Positions 32,817 through 44,900 of a stretch of 64,000 nucleotides of DNA are shown here, in pieces (positions within the stretch are counted from its first letter, which is position 1; each line of letters opens with the position of its first letter). Source of the stretch: Veleropilina oligotropha (lineage: Eukaryota); the NCBI GenBank assembly GCA_048128005.1, contig JBEUKZ010000047.1, positions 372,001 through 436,000 on the forward strand, in the 5' to 3' direction. Position numbers and translations under genes: made by a program. The notes under the pieces are model-generated. The model was not told the origin of the DNA and did no database searches. It worked only from the letters and a program-made list of their open reading frames with translations.

Positions 32817-35800
32817 TTATAACTTATGGAAAATATTTACCTGTTTTAAAAATTCAAATACGGCTTCGAGCTTATTAAGATTAAATAACTCTTGGAGTGA
32901 ATTTGCCCTAAAATACCCTTGGCGTGCGAGATCCAAATCGACACAATCCAATAATATATGTTTAATTGTTAGGGCAGTTGCACAAGGAATACACTCGGGT
33001 GGAGGCTCCCCTTTAAGCAAGTAGGAGTGAGTGTAGTGAGAATGCCCAATTCTCAGTCTGGCCAAGACGACCTCCTCTCGCCGAGATGGCCTGCAAGAGG
33101 GTCCCCAGTCACCAAGAAGAGGTTGGACATTCTGCAGTTTATTCCTTGTGCATTCACTCCAAGAGTGCTGCCAAGTAGAATTTATATATTTGTTTATGCT
33201 TTGTTTAAAATCTGAGTGTGGTAGTTTACAATTTAGTATATTGTTAAAATTTGAGGCTGCCTTGGCAGCTTGGTCAGCCTTCTCATTGCCTTGGATACCG
33301 ATATGGCTCGGTATCCAGCATAAAACAATGTCATTGTCAGGTAAAAGGTTGTTATAGTTTAATAAAATTTCCTGAACAATAACATTTCTATTCATCTCCC
33401 TCAGTGCTTGTAAGCTAGAGAGGGAGTCTGAATAGATAATAAAACGCCGTTTAGTACTTGTAGAGATAAAATTAAGAGCAAGCTCGATTGCTTTTAGTTC
33501 TGCAGTATATATAGTCGCGCTGCCTGGCAGACGGTTTTGAAAACATTGTCTGCCAGTGACAGCGGCTGCTCCTACCAATTCTGCATCTTTTGAACCATCT
33601 GTGTATATGCTTGCACGATCTGAATATTTTAATTTCAGATCGTGCACTTTTATGAGATAATCTGATGTGTCTGTGTTTGATTTTTTGAGTGATGTAAGTT
33701 GTAGATCAATTACCGGTACTTTTAGTGTCCATGGTGGAGTATCCGGAATGTGAATTGTTTTAATTTGACCTACATGTATGCCTGCGTTTTCTAGTGCTGG
33801 TTTTATGCGGATGCCAAACGGTGCAATTTTGTTTGGTTTTGCCTGAAATAGATTTTCGTAATTTGGTGTATAGACAGTTTCGAAAGCTGGGTTAGATGGA
33901 TTTGATTTTAATTTTATTGCATATTGTAGTGATAGTTTTTCACGTCTGAGTGTAAGAGATGGTTCATTGGCTTCGACATAGAGGCTTTCCATGGGTGATG
34001 TGCGAAAAGCCCCTAATGCAAGTCGAAGCCCTTGATTATGGATTGGATCAAGCATTTTAAGATATGAATGGCGAGCAGAGCCATATACTATGCTCCCATA
34101 ATCGAGTTTTGATCTAATTAATGATCTATATAGTCGTAATAAAACTGTTTTATCAGCACCCCATTCAGTATTAGAAACTACTTTCATTATATTTAAAGCC
34201 TTTTTACATTTGGCTTTGATGTATTTTAAATGAGGTATGAAAGACAGTTTTCGGTCAAATATAAGGCCTAAAAATTTAAATTGATCTACAACTGGAATCT
34301 CAAAGTCATCCAGCTTTAACACAGGGTCGTCATGTATTTCACGACGCTGGCAGAAGTGCATGCATTTAGTTTTGTCCTTTGAGAATTTAAATCCGTTCTC
34401 ATCGGACCATATCTGTAATTTATTTAGGCCATGTTGTAGCTGGCGTTCTATACTGTTCATATTTGTTGAACGATAGCAAATGCCAAAATCGTCAACAAAT
34501 AAAGAACAGTCAGTGCCAGCACTAATACATTTGACGATACTGTTTATTTTAATACTGAATAGGGTGACTGATAAAATGCTTCCTTGAGGGACACCCATCT
34601 CCTGGTCGTGGATATCGGAGAGGGTGTCACCCACCTTAACGTTAAAATTTCTATCCTCAAGGAATTTCGAAATAAAATTGGGCAAGTGGCCCTTTAAACC
34701 AAAATCAAACAAATCCTTCATAATCCCGTACTTCCAAGTCGTGTCGTAGGCCTTCTCTAGATCGAAAAAAACAGCAACTAAATGTTGTCTGTTTAGGAAG
34801 GCCTCACGAACAAAAGTTTCCAGACGTACCAAGTGATCTGTGGTGCTCCGGTTGCGCCGGAACCCACTTTGATATTCTGTAAGTAAATTATTTGATTCAA
34901 GATACCAAACTAATCTCTCGTTTATCATCCGTTCCATGGTTTTGCAAATACAACTCGTCAGGGCTATGGGTCGATAACTGTTAGGATTTGATGTATCTTT
35001 TCCCGCCTTTGCAATTGGGATAACTGTAGCTTCCCTCCACGAGGGAGGGAAGGTTCCAGTTTCCCAGATAGTATTGAATATTGCAAGTAGAGTTGTAAGT
35101 GATGTTCCAGGTAAGTGCTTAAGTAATTGATAGTGAATGTCATCAGGGCCAACTGATGTGTCATGTGCCTTGTTTAGTGAATCTGCGAGTTCCTTTTGTG
35201 AAAATGGCTGATTGTATGACTCTGTGTTGTTGGATCTAACATTGAGCCTTGTTTTTTCTTTTTGATGCTTAAAACGGCTGAATTTTGGAGTGCAGTTGTC
35301 GGATGATGAATTGGCAGAAAAGGTATCTGCCAATGTGTTTGCAATGTCTTTAGCTGTGGTTGCTTCTGATGTGTTTGTTTTAAGGTGCTTGATGCAGTTG
35401 GGTGTATGTTTGCCACTAATTTTACGGATCATATCCCATGTTTTTTTAATAGTGGAACGAGAGTTTAGTTTGGTAACGTAGGAATGCCAGGATTCCCTTT
35501 TGCTGTGCTTGATGGTACGTCTGGCTTGTGCTCTTAATAGCCTAAAGCTATTAAGATTTTGTAGTGTTGGGTGCTGTTTAAATGTTGAAATTGCATGTAT
35601 GCGTGCTTTGATTGCTTGTCTGCAGTCTTCATTAAACCAAGGTTTATTTTTGTGTTTGGCATTTGGACAGGTCTTTGGAATTGAGAGTGTTGCAATGTCA
35701 TGTAGTGTTGTAGAGAAACTTGATATTGGGTCTTCGCCATGAGTTAATTGATGTGAGTGTAATTGCTCTTCGCAAAGTGATTGGAATTTCTCCCAATCTG

Positions 35801-36500
35801 CTTTGCGAAGTTTCCACCTTTCTGTATGTTCTTGTGCTTGATAGATTGTGCTTTCCATGAAAATTGGAAAGTGGTCGCTTCCGTGGAGGTCCTCACCAAC
35901 TTTCCAATTAAAGTCCAGGAAAGCGGATGGGTCGCACATGGTAAGGTCAATGGTGGTAAGTGAACCTGTAGGTGGATGCATGTATGTTGGCGATTTGGTA
36001 GTGTTAAATAGACACAAATTGTGTCTCCCAATAAAGTCCTCTATTTGATGTCCCCGTTTATCTGTGTCAGTACCGCCCCAATCAGTACTGTGGGCGCTAA
36101 AATCGCCACACAGTAAAAATGGGGTCGATAGCTGATCGATGAGATCGTCAAGGTCAGTAGGTCGTAAGTTTGTACCAGGTGGTAAGTATACCGAGCAGAT
36201 TGTTATTACTCGGTGAGTCGATATTTTCACTGCTACTGCCTGTAAGTTAGTGTTTAAGTTGACTTGACTGTGTGGTGTTTTGTTGTTGACTATGATTGAA
36301 ACCCCCCCTGTAGCCTTGTCACCAGTGGTGACAATGTGGTTGTATAGTGAGTGCTCTTTGATGCGTATGTTGTCTGTGAGTTTCATGTAAGTTTCATTGA
36401 GACAAAATGCGGTTGGTTTGTGTTCTTGAATTAATAGACTTATCTCATCAATATTCGGTTTAATGCCTCTACAATTCCATTGTATTATTGTGCCTGACAT
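32817..36500 (-). CDS. A4 ORF2 (open; GDFN>GDFS in APE motif)
   Basis: 1227 aa. Confidence 0.93.
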   Translation of the reverse strand: MSGTIIQWNCRGIKPNIDEISLLIQEHKPTAFCLNETYMKLTDNIRIKEHSLYNHIVTTGDKATGGVSIIVNNKTPHSQVNLNTNLQAVAVKISTHRVITICSVYLPPGTNLRPTDLDDLIDQLSTPFLLCGDFSAHSTDWGGTDTDKRGHQIEDFIGRHNLCLFNTTKSPTYMHPPTGSLTTIDLTMCDPSAFLDFNWKVGEDLHGSDHFPIFMESTIYQAQEHTERWKLRKADWEKFQSLCEEQLHSHQLTHGEDPISSFSTTLHDIATLSIPKTCPNAKHKNKPWFNEDCRQAIKARIHAISTFKQHPTLQNLNSFRLLRAQARRTIKHSKRESWHSYVTKLNSRSTIKKTWDMIRKISGKHTPNCIKHLKTNTSEATTAKDIANTLADTFSANSSSDNCTPKFSRFKHQKEKTRLNVRSNNTESYNQPFSQKELADSLNKAHDTSVGPDDIHYQLLKHLPGTSLTTLLAIFNTIWETGTFPPSWREATVIPIAKAGKDTSNPNSYRPIALTSCICKTMERMINERLVWYLESNNLLTEYQSGFRRNRSTTDHLVRLETFVREAFLNRQHLVAVFFDLEKAYDTTWKYGIMKDLFDFGLKGHLPNFISKFLEDRNFNVKVGDTLSDIHDQEMGVPQGSILSVTLFSIKINSIVKCISAGTDCSLFVDDFGICYRSTNMNSIERQLQHGLNKLQIWSDENGFKFSKDKTKCMHFCQRREIHDDPVLKLDDFEIPVVDQFKFLGLIFDRKLSFIPHLKYIKAKCKKALNIMKVVSNTEWGADKTVLLRLYRSLIRSKLDYGSIVYGSARHSYLKMLDPIHNQGLRLALGAFRTSPMESLYVEANEPSLTLRREKLSLQYAIKLKSNPSNPAFETVYTPNYENLFQAKPNKIAPFGIRIKPALENAGIHVGQIKTIHIPDTPPWTLKVPVIDLQLTSLKKSNTDTSDYLIKVHDLKLKYSDRASIYTDGSKDAELVGAAAVTGRQCFQNRLPGSATIYTAELKAIELALNFISTSTKRRFIIYSDSLSSLQALREMNRNVIVQEILLNYNNLLPDNDIVLCWIPSHIGIQGNEKADQAAKAASNFNNILNCKLPHSDFKQSINKYINSTWQHSWSECTRNKLQNVQPLLGDWGPSCRPSRREEVVLARLRIGHSHYTHSYLLKGEPPPECIPCATALTIKHILLDCVDLDLARQGYFRANSLQELFNLNKLEAVFEFLKQVNIFHKL

Positions 36501-36556
36501 GTTGGTTTAATGGTGTGTATTAAGTGATTTGCTTGTAATGTTAATTTTAAATTTGC

Positions 36557-38056
36557 CTATTTATTCGGTGGAAGTACGGGCTTAATGGACATTTTCGGCT
36601 TCGCTTTGGACTGCCGATCCAATGGTTGGTCGCTTTCCATTGAATCGTCGGCAGGAGGAGGTGGCCCAGGTGGATCGGGGCTCTCCTTCGTCTGCTGGTG
36701 TAATTTTTCTGCTGCCTCTCTCCCACCCTTCGTGGCAGCAGCAACAATTTCCAGCGCGAGGTCCTCTATAATGCTATCGGTATTATCAATTTGGTCATCT
36801 GATGGTTCGTTGGTATCCATCAGGTGACCAAAGCGATTATGCAGCTTAATAGGGTCCTCGGACCCTTTGGGCTGTCTGTCTGGTTTAATGTTTGTTCTAT
36901 CTGATTTTGAATGTTTCTTAGAGGCTGCTGCTTTAGGAACAGCAGCAGTCTCTTTTGTAGAGTTGCGAGTAGGTTTGATAGCTTTGATTGATTTTGATGT
37001 TTGAGTTGATTCTGACGATGAAGATGCTAAATTGCTTCGAGATGGCAAAGTGCTGAAAAAAGCTTCGCCAAATGGCCAGGTGATATCCGTTTGTGTCGAA
37101 GAGGATCTAGTGACTGGCTTTTGCTCCGGTGCTGCAGCAATTGCAGCATAGGATTTACCCGAAATGGTCCTGGATTCAACCAGTTTCCTGGCATCAGGGA
37201 AAGAGATCCGGTCGATAGTTTTGACCCTTTGGATCTCTTTCTCATGCTTCCACTTCGGGCAGTCCTTAGAGTAAGCAAAATGCTTACCCTTGCAATTGCA
37301 GCATAGTGGTGGTTTGGAGCAAGAGTCAGACTCGTGACCCTCCTCGCTACATCGAGCACATGCGGGATTCCTTCTGCATCGGTCCTTGTGATGCCCAAAT
37401 GACTGGCATTTGAAGCATCTCAAGGGGTTTGGGATGTAGGGCTCTACAGGGATGATAATATAACCAGCTTTAATTGTTCTAGGTAGAACAGGAAGGCGGA
37501 AGTCCAGGATGATGGTATTGATGGGGATCTTCTTTCCATCTTTGAACATGGTCAGGCGTGTGACCTTGGTCACACCCTGGCTGTTCATGCCTTCCAGCAG
37601 TTCCTGTTCACTGCATCCCTGCAGATCCCTAGATCTAATAACTCCCTTGGAGGTGTTCAAGGACCGATGCGGTCGAATTTCAACGGGAATGTTGACAAAT
37701 TTCGAAGTTCTAAGGAGATTCTCCGCATGGCTCTTCCTGGCGCATTCGACCAACAGGGTGCCATCTCGAAGTTTCTTCACTGATCGAGGTTCGCCAGCAA
37801 GACCAAGGATGGCCTTGGAGATGGCGAAGGGACTCAAAGAAGTAATTGGAGTAGTTGAGTCAAGTGCCTCGATTGTCAAGAATCGTGGCCAGCTTTCCGG
37901 TACAGGGGGTGGAGGGTCGGGCCTATATTCGGCCTCCCTCTCAGGATCGAATGGGATTGACCGGATAGCGGCCATATATTTCGCATCATCATCGTCAGAA
38001 TCAATTTCATTTGATTTATTTTTTCGCCTCTTAATTGCGTGAGTGTGGTGTGCCAT
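36557..38056 (-). CDS. A4 ORF1
   Basis: 499 aa. Confidence 0.93.
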   Translation of the reverse strand: MAHHTHAIKRRKNKSNEIDSDDDDAKYMAAIRSIPFDPEREAEYRPDPPPPVPESWPRFLTIEALDSTTPITSLSPFAISKAILGLAGEPRSVKKLRDGTLLVECARKSHAENLLRTSKFVNIPVEIRPHRSLNTSKGVIRSRDLQGCSEQELLEGMNSQGVTKVTRLTMFKDGKKIPINTIILDFRLPVLPRTIKAGYIIIPVEPYIPNPLRCFKCQSFGHHKDRCRRNPACARCSEEGHESDSCSKPPLCCNCKGKHFAYSKDCPKWKHEKEIQRVKTIDRISFPDARKLVESRTISGKSYAAIAAAPEQKPVTRSSSTQTDITWPFGEAFFSTLPSRSNLASSSSESTQTSKSIKAIKPTRNSTKETAAVPKAAASKKHSKSDRTNIKPDRQPKGSEDPIKLHNRFGHLMDTNEPSDDQIDNTDSIIEDLALEIVAAATKGGREAAEKLHQQTKESPDPPGPPPPADDSMESDQPLDRQSKAKPKMSIKPVLPPNK

Positions 38057-39177
38057 ATTGTGTGTCTTAGTGTTTCATCACCCGAGGTCCCCGCCCACCC
38101 CGGAGCCCAACAAGGGGGCATTTAACAGGTGCGGGGTTCCAGCACCCAATGCCAGGGATACCCGGGTGATATACTCAAATAAGTGAATGAATATTAGTGG
38201 TGGGAAGTGTATATCCCACCATTCATTCCTCACTTGATTGACCCTTCAGCCACCGCCTTCTGGGATATAGATCAACGGATGGTAAGTGATCTATGATATG
38301 GTATTTTAAGATGTAAAATTTAAATGATGTTATGTTTAGAATGTTAAGTTATCCCAGGGCATGGCGTGACAAGCCGATTGATCAGATAGGGCCTATCTGA
38401 CCTCCCGTCTAGCTGAATCCGAGGCCAAAGTAGTGTGTTGCTTCAGCCGAAGCCGAAGCTCAACTACCAGGACCCTCTTTTCCAACATCACGGGTCGCCA
38501 CCCACGGCCAACAGGTGGCTCCCATTTGGGGGGATCTTACCCCTCTGCAGGGAGAGCAGTCGGCATATTCTAACCCCTAACCGACTGGGGACCATATTAT
38601 TGGATAAAAATGTCACAAAAATATATATTTAACAACATTCTATTATTACCACTGGAAAGATATTTCAATTATCTTTAAAATAGACACAACTTGTAATGAT
38701 TGCTCAACGAAAAACTGTCAACGATGTTTACAATTCAAAAAGTTTCTTGACGAAAACATTTTTCGGTGACAGTATTCGTGTCGAGTCATTGTATACGTCA
38801 CGATGAGTTGGCAATACAAATTCTCGAGAACGAGAACACGAGGTCAAGAAGTTATATATAGGGGATGGATACGTGGCAATGGGTACGTGGCAATAAACTG
38901 ATCTAGAAGGGTATCTAAGAAATCCATGAGACTTGAACTGGCTATAGCCAAAAACCGGATTAGTGATATGCAGTTTCGGCCGAAATGTCCACAGGTAAGT
39001 GTTTTAATTTAACCCCCAGGGCCGTCCCTGGGTGTTTCTTTTAGATATACCCGGGCCGGCGAGGGTAGTGGGCCGTCCCTAAGGGCTCTATATAGTTTAC
39101 GTTGTGTCGGAACGGGTGCTGGGAGCCTTATTTTTCCAGTCTAAAAAGTTTGCTCACCCCCCCCCCCCCTGCTGCTG

Positions 39178-39496
39178 TTATGCCGGAAAAACTGCTCCAT
39201 TTAGAGTACACTCACCCCCCCTGCTGCTGGTTCTCTTGAATGATACGATTAATTCTTTCGTTTTGCATTCGTTAAGTTTCATATCGTTGTCGTTTGCCCA
39301 ACTAGCTACCAGAGATGCTGCCAGTTGCATGGTTCCATCGTTGCTATCCTTCGATGCGTGACATATAGATGTATCGTCGACATACTTGTATGCTATGGCT
39401 GGTTGAGGAATCTGTAGATCTCCTATGTGCACAATGAAAGTTTTTGAGCCTATCAAAGTGCCCTGGGGTGTTCCTCCGTTCAGAGTCAACATAGGG
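39178..39496 (-). pseudogene. CR1/L2-group RT fragment (duplicate)
   Basis: GTPQG..KYVDDT. Copy of 12741-13059. Confidence 0.8.
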
Positions 39497-41602
39497 CAGG
39501 GCACGAAAATTCCACTCGTCCGCTCGTATTGACGAGTAACTATTCGGACAGGACGAGCAGAATTTATCAAAATGCGTATTTTACTCGTCCGACAGGACGA
39601 GTAGCTATTAGCAGCGGGTCTCTCAACACAGAACTGTCTGGATCACACACAAATGTCGACAATATTTAATTAGTAATCATTTTAATCCTAAGAACATGTT
39701 GTGACACTAAAAACGGGCACGACATAAACCTAGAATCGTCACCGGAAACATTTGATCCATGAGTTATTTATCGATATGATACTAATAATAGAACCGTTTT
39801 CTACACGTTGTCCTGTATAAATTTACCTTTGCCGATGTCGTTATCATTTCCGAATGCAGTGAAATAAATATTTCAGCATAAATTGCTTTATTATATTAAT
39901 TTGTACGTTTTTTCTTTCTAAAATAACTCTACAGAGTGTACGTGAACAATGTCGGAGTGCATGATTTACGCTAACGCTTTCAATCACTGTGTATCTATTT
40001 TGAGCGCCTGGAATTCCCAAATAACCGTGCTGTTATAAAAGTGAACCCCGTTTATAACATGTGCTTTTGCATTCGGTGTGATTCAGAGGTTTCCGTTTTA
40101 TAGACGTAGGTAGCTTAGCGAAATAGTCCGGGGAATGCCGATTGATTGAGCTTTCTGTCGTCTGCTATAGTAAAATGTCCGACATTCGCAAATTTTTACA
40201 AGGCGGCGGTGATAGCGAAAAACGATCGTTATTGAAAGAGAATGAAAAAAGGAAACTTTGTCAAAAGAAATATGATCAAAACAAACGAAAAAGATTACTT
40301 CATGATTCATGGTTGGATGAATATCCGTGGGCAAAACAAGAAAATGGTGAACTTTTCTGTGCCATTTGCCGTAAATATCCTGGATTATCAGACAGAGAGT
40401 CCACACTTGTCAAGGGAATAAAAGATAAATACAGGAAAGAAACACTGAAATTCCACGAAAAGAGCGCGAAGCATGTGAAATGTATCGAGTGCCAAGCTGT
40501 GAAAGAAAAGCCAGAATGCAGTCAAATGGCCACAAGCATGAAAAAAGTGGATGAAAAAAATAGCGTCGTGTACGAAAAGTTATTCAACACGGCCTATTAC
40601 ATTGCCAGGGGGAATGAATCTTTCAGAAAATTTCCGGAATTGATTTCATTGCAGCAGAAAAATGGCGTGGAGGTAGGCATAAATTATATAAATGAAAAGG
40701 CATGTCGTGAATTTTGCATTAATATAGCAACAGTACTGAAAAATCAAACTTCAAAGTGTGTGCAGTCTGCACGTTTCATAAGCATACTTCCAGATGGATC
40801 GACAGACAAAGGAATAGTCGAGCAAGAAATAGTTTATGTCCGATATGTTGGGAAAGACGGTGTGATGAAAACTGAACTTGCTGACATTGTCAATCTTGAA
40901 CATGGCCACGCAGAGGGAGTAAAGCAAGGCATTTTAAAAGGTATGGAAAACATTGGACTGTCGCCTACAGAGTTGAGTAAGAAGCTAGTAGGCATCAACA
41001 CTGATGGTGCAGCTGTGAATCTTGGGAAAAAATGAGGGGCTGTTAAATTACTGATCGATAGATTAAATGAAGAGGTACCCGAGGGAAGTGCATGTGGTGA
41101 TTACATGACTGTAGTGCATTGTGTGGCCCACAACCTTGAACTTGCAGTGTGTGATGCCAAGAAAGATGTTCGATATCTCACAGACTTTGAGAGAGTTTAG
41201 AAAGGAATTTTCCAGCTCTATTACTACTCTCCAAAGCGCAGAACTTTCTGACATCGCAACATCCTTAGACCAGGACCTAAAGCACTATGGGGGTCTACAA
41301 CAAATACGCTGGGTTGCCAGCCAGAACCGGGCACTCAAGGCTCTCTTAGATAATTATGATGTTACCATGGTTCATCTTCAGGATATTATATCAACTTGCA
41401 AGGATGAGAACGCAAACAAAGCCAGGAGTTACCTCACAGAAATGAAAAGTGAAAGGTTTCTCACATTCTCCACTTCATGATAGACTGGACCAATTTGATT
41501 TCAGAAGTGTCAGTATTATTTCAACAGAAAAAGTTTCTGATTTCTGAGGTAGCTAGAAGAATCAGTGAATTGAAAGAAAAGTGTGCTACGATGAAATTAA
41601 GA
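39497..41602 (+). mobile_element. hAT transposon, left part only (truncated at element C)
   Basis: Copy of 13060-15165. Ends at atgaaattaaga, directly abutting the C tail. Confidence 0.9.
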
Positions 41603-41926
41603 TTTGATTTGATTTGATGTTTAACGACCACGCCGACACTAATGGTCATAATCGGGTCGGTCAAGTTAATTATACAATAGTTTAATATAAAAAGTTAAAA
41701 GTTGAGATATATATTTACTAATAAAATATCAATGCAATAAAACATATGTGATAAATAATAAAAACAATTCAATATATTTACAAGTAAAATAAACACAATG
41801 CAAATTTGGATAAAAATAAGATCAAATGTTTGCTAAAAACGAGTATAATAATAAAATAGTATAATAATAAAATAAAAGAAATTTATGTAGAATTTAGTCA
41901 TAAAGGAAATAAAAGTATAGATAAAA

Positions 41927-44900
41927 TTATAACTTATGGAAAATATTTACCTGTTTTAAAAATTCGAATACGGCTTCGAGCTTATTAAGATTAAATAACT
42001 CTTGGAGTGAATTTGCCCTAAAATACCTTTGGCATGCGAGATCCAAATCGACACAATCCAATAATATATGTTTAATTGTTAGGGCAGTTGCACAAGGAAT
42101 ACACTCGGGTGGAGGCTCCCCTTTAAGCAAGTAGGACAGAGTGTAGTGAGAATGCCCAATTCTCAGTCTGGCCAAGACGACCTCCTCTCGCCGAGATGGC
42201 CTGCAAGAGGGTCCCCAGTCACCAAGAAGAGGTTGGACATTCTGCAGTTTATTCCTTGTGCATTCACTCCACGAGTGCTGCCAAGTAGAATTTATATATT
42301 TGTTTATGCTTTGTTTAAAATCTGAGTGTGGTAGTTTACAATTTAGTATATTGTTAAAATGTGAGGCTGCCTTGGCAGCTTGGTCAGCCTTCTCATTGCC
42401 TTGGATACCGATATGGCTCGGTATCCAGCATAAAACAATGTCATTGTCAGGTAAAAGGTTGTTATAGTTTAATAAAATTTCCTGAACAATAACATTTCTA
42501 TTCATCTCCCTCAGTGCTTGTAAGCTAGAGAGGGAGTCTGAATAGATAATAAAACGCCGTTTAGTACTTGTAGAGATAAAATTAAGAGCAAGATCGATTG
42601 CTTTTAGTTCTGCAGTATATATAGTCGCGCTGCCTGGCAGTCGGTTTTGAAAACATTGTCTGCCAGTGACAGCGGCTGCTACTACTAATTCTGCATCTTT
42701 TGAACCATCTGTGTATATGCTTGCACGATCGGAATATTTTAATTTCAGATCGTGCACTTTTGTGAGATAATCTGATGTGTCTGTGTTTGATTTTTTGAGT
42801 GATGTAAGTTGTAGATCAATTACCGGTACTTTTAGTGTCCATGGTGGAGTATCCGGAATGTGATTTGTTTTAATTTGACCTACATGTATGCCTGCGTTTT
42901 CTAGTGCTGGTTTTATGCGGATGCCAAACGGTGCAATTTTGTTTGGTTTTGCCTGAAATAGATTTTCGTAATTTGGTGTATAGACATTTTCGAAAGCTGG
43001 GTTAGATGGATTTGATTTTAATTTTATTGCATATTGTAGTGATAATTTTTCGCGTCTGAGTGTAAGAGATGGTTCGTTGGCTTCGACATAGAGGCTATCC
43101 ATGGGTGATGTGCGAAAAGCCCCTAATGCAAGTCGAAGCCCTTGATTATGGATTGGATCAAGCATTTTAAGATATGAATGGCGAGCAGAGCCATATACTA
43201 TGCTCCCATAATCAAGTTTTGATCTAATTAATGATCTATATAGTCGTAATAAAACTGTTTTATCAGCACCCCATTCAGTATTAGAAATTACTTTCATTAT
43301 ATTTAAAGCCTTTTTGCATTTGGCTTTGATGTATTTTATATGAGGTATGAAAGTCAGTTTGCGGTCAAATATAAGGCCTAAAAATTTAAATTGGTCCACC
43401 ACTGGAATCTCAAAGTCATCCAGTTTTAGCACAGGGTCATCATGAATTTCACGACGCTGGCAGAAATGCATGCATTTAGTTTTGTCCTTTGAGAATTTAA
43501 ATCCATTCTCATCGGACCATGTCTGTAATTTATTTAGGCCATGTTGTAGCTGGCGTTCTATACTGTTCATATTTGTTGAACGATAGCAAATGCCAAAATC
43601 GTCAACAAATAATGAACAGTCAGTGCCAGCACTAATACATTTGACGATACTGTTTATTTTAATACTGAATAGGGTGACTGATAAAATGCTTCCTTGAGGG
43701 ACACCCATCTCCTGGTCGTGGATATCGGAGAGGGTGTCACCCACCTTGACTTGAAAATTTCTATCCTCAAGGAATTTCGAAATAAAATTGGGCAAGTGGC
43801 CCTTTAAACCAAAATCAAACAAATCCTTCATAATGCCGTACTTCCAAGTAGTGTCGTAGGCCTTCTCTAGATCGAAAAAAACAGCAACTAAATGTTGTCT
43901 GTTTAGGAAGGCCTCACAAACAAAAGTTTCCAGACGTACCAAGTGATCTGTGGTGCTCCGGTTGCGCCGGAACCCACTTTGATATTCTGTAAGTAAATTA
44001 TTTGATTCAAGATACCAAACTAATCTCTCGTTTATCATCCGTTCCATGGTTTTGCAAATACAACTCGTCAGGGCTATGGGTCGATAACTGTTAGGATTTG
44101 ATGTATCTTTTCCCGCCTTTGCAATTGGGATAATTGTAGCTTCCCTCCACGAGGGAGGGAAGGTTCCAGTTTCCCAGATAGTATTGAATATTGCAAGTAG
44201 AGTTGTAAGTGATGTTGCAGGTAAGTGCTTAAGTAATTGATAGTGAATGTCATCAGGGCCAACTGATGTGTCATGTGCCTTGTTTAGTGAATCTGCGAGT
44301 TCCTTTTGTGAAAATGGCTGATTGTATGACTCTGTGTTGTTGGATCTAAAATTGAGCCTTGTTTTTTCTTTTTGATGTTTAAAACGGCTGAATTTTGGAG
44401 TGCAGTTGTCGGATGATGAATTGGCAGAAAATGTGTCTGCCAAGGTGTTTGCGATGTCTTGAGCTGTGTTGGCTTCTAAGTTGTTTGTTTTAAGGTGCTT
44501 GATGCGGTTGGGTGTATGATTGCCTGTGATTTTACGGATCATATCCCATGTTTGTTTAATAGTGGAACGAGAGTTTAGTTTGGTAACGTAGGAATGCCAG
44601 GATTCCCTTTTGCTTTGCTTGATGGTACGTCTGGCTTTTGCTCTTAATAGCCTAAAGCTATTAAGATTGTGTAGTGTTGGGTGCTGTTTAAATGTTGAAA
44701 TTGCATGTATGCGTGCTTTGATTGCTTGTCTGCAGTCTTCATTAAACCAAGGTTTATTTTTGTGCTTGGCATTTGGACAGGTTTTTGGAATTGAGAGCGT
44801 TGCAATGTCATGTAGTGTTGTAGAGAAACTTGATATTGGGTCTTCGCCATGAGTTAATTGATGCGAGTGTAATTGCTCTTCGCACAGAGATTGGAATTTC

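Larger units (their letters stand above)
32499..38590 (-). mobile_element. Full-length family A LINE, copy A4
   Basis: Positional duplicate of A2, with the same flanks. Confidence 0.95.
1..41602. repeat. Large tandem duplication with a 26,439-bp period (1-15165 matches 26440-41602)
   Basis: Constant ORF offsets (1749/28188, 3680/30119, 6378/32817, 10118/36557) and identical junctions. Confidence 0.95.
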
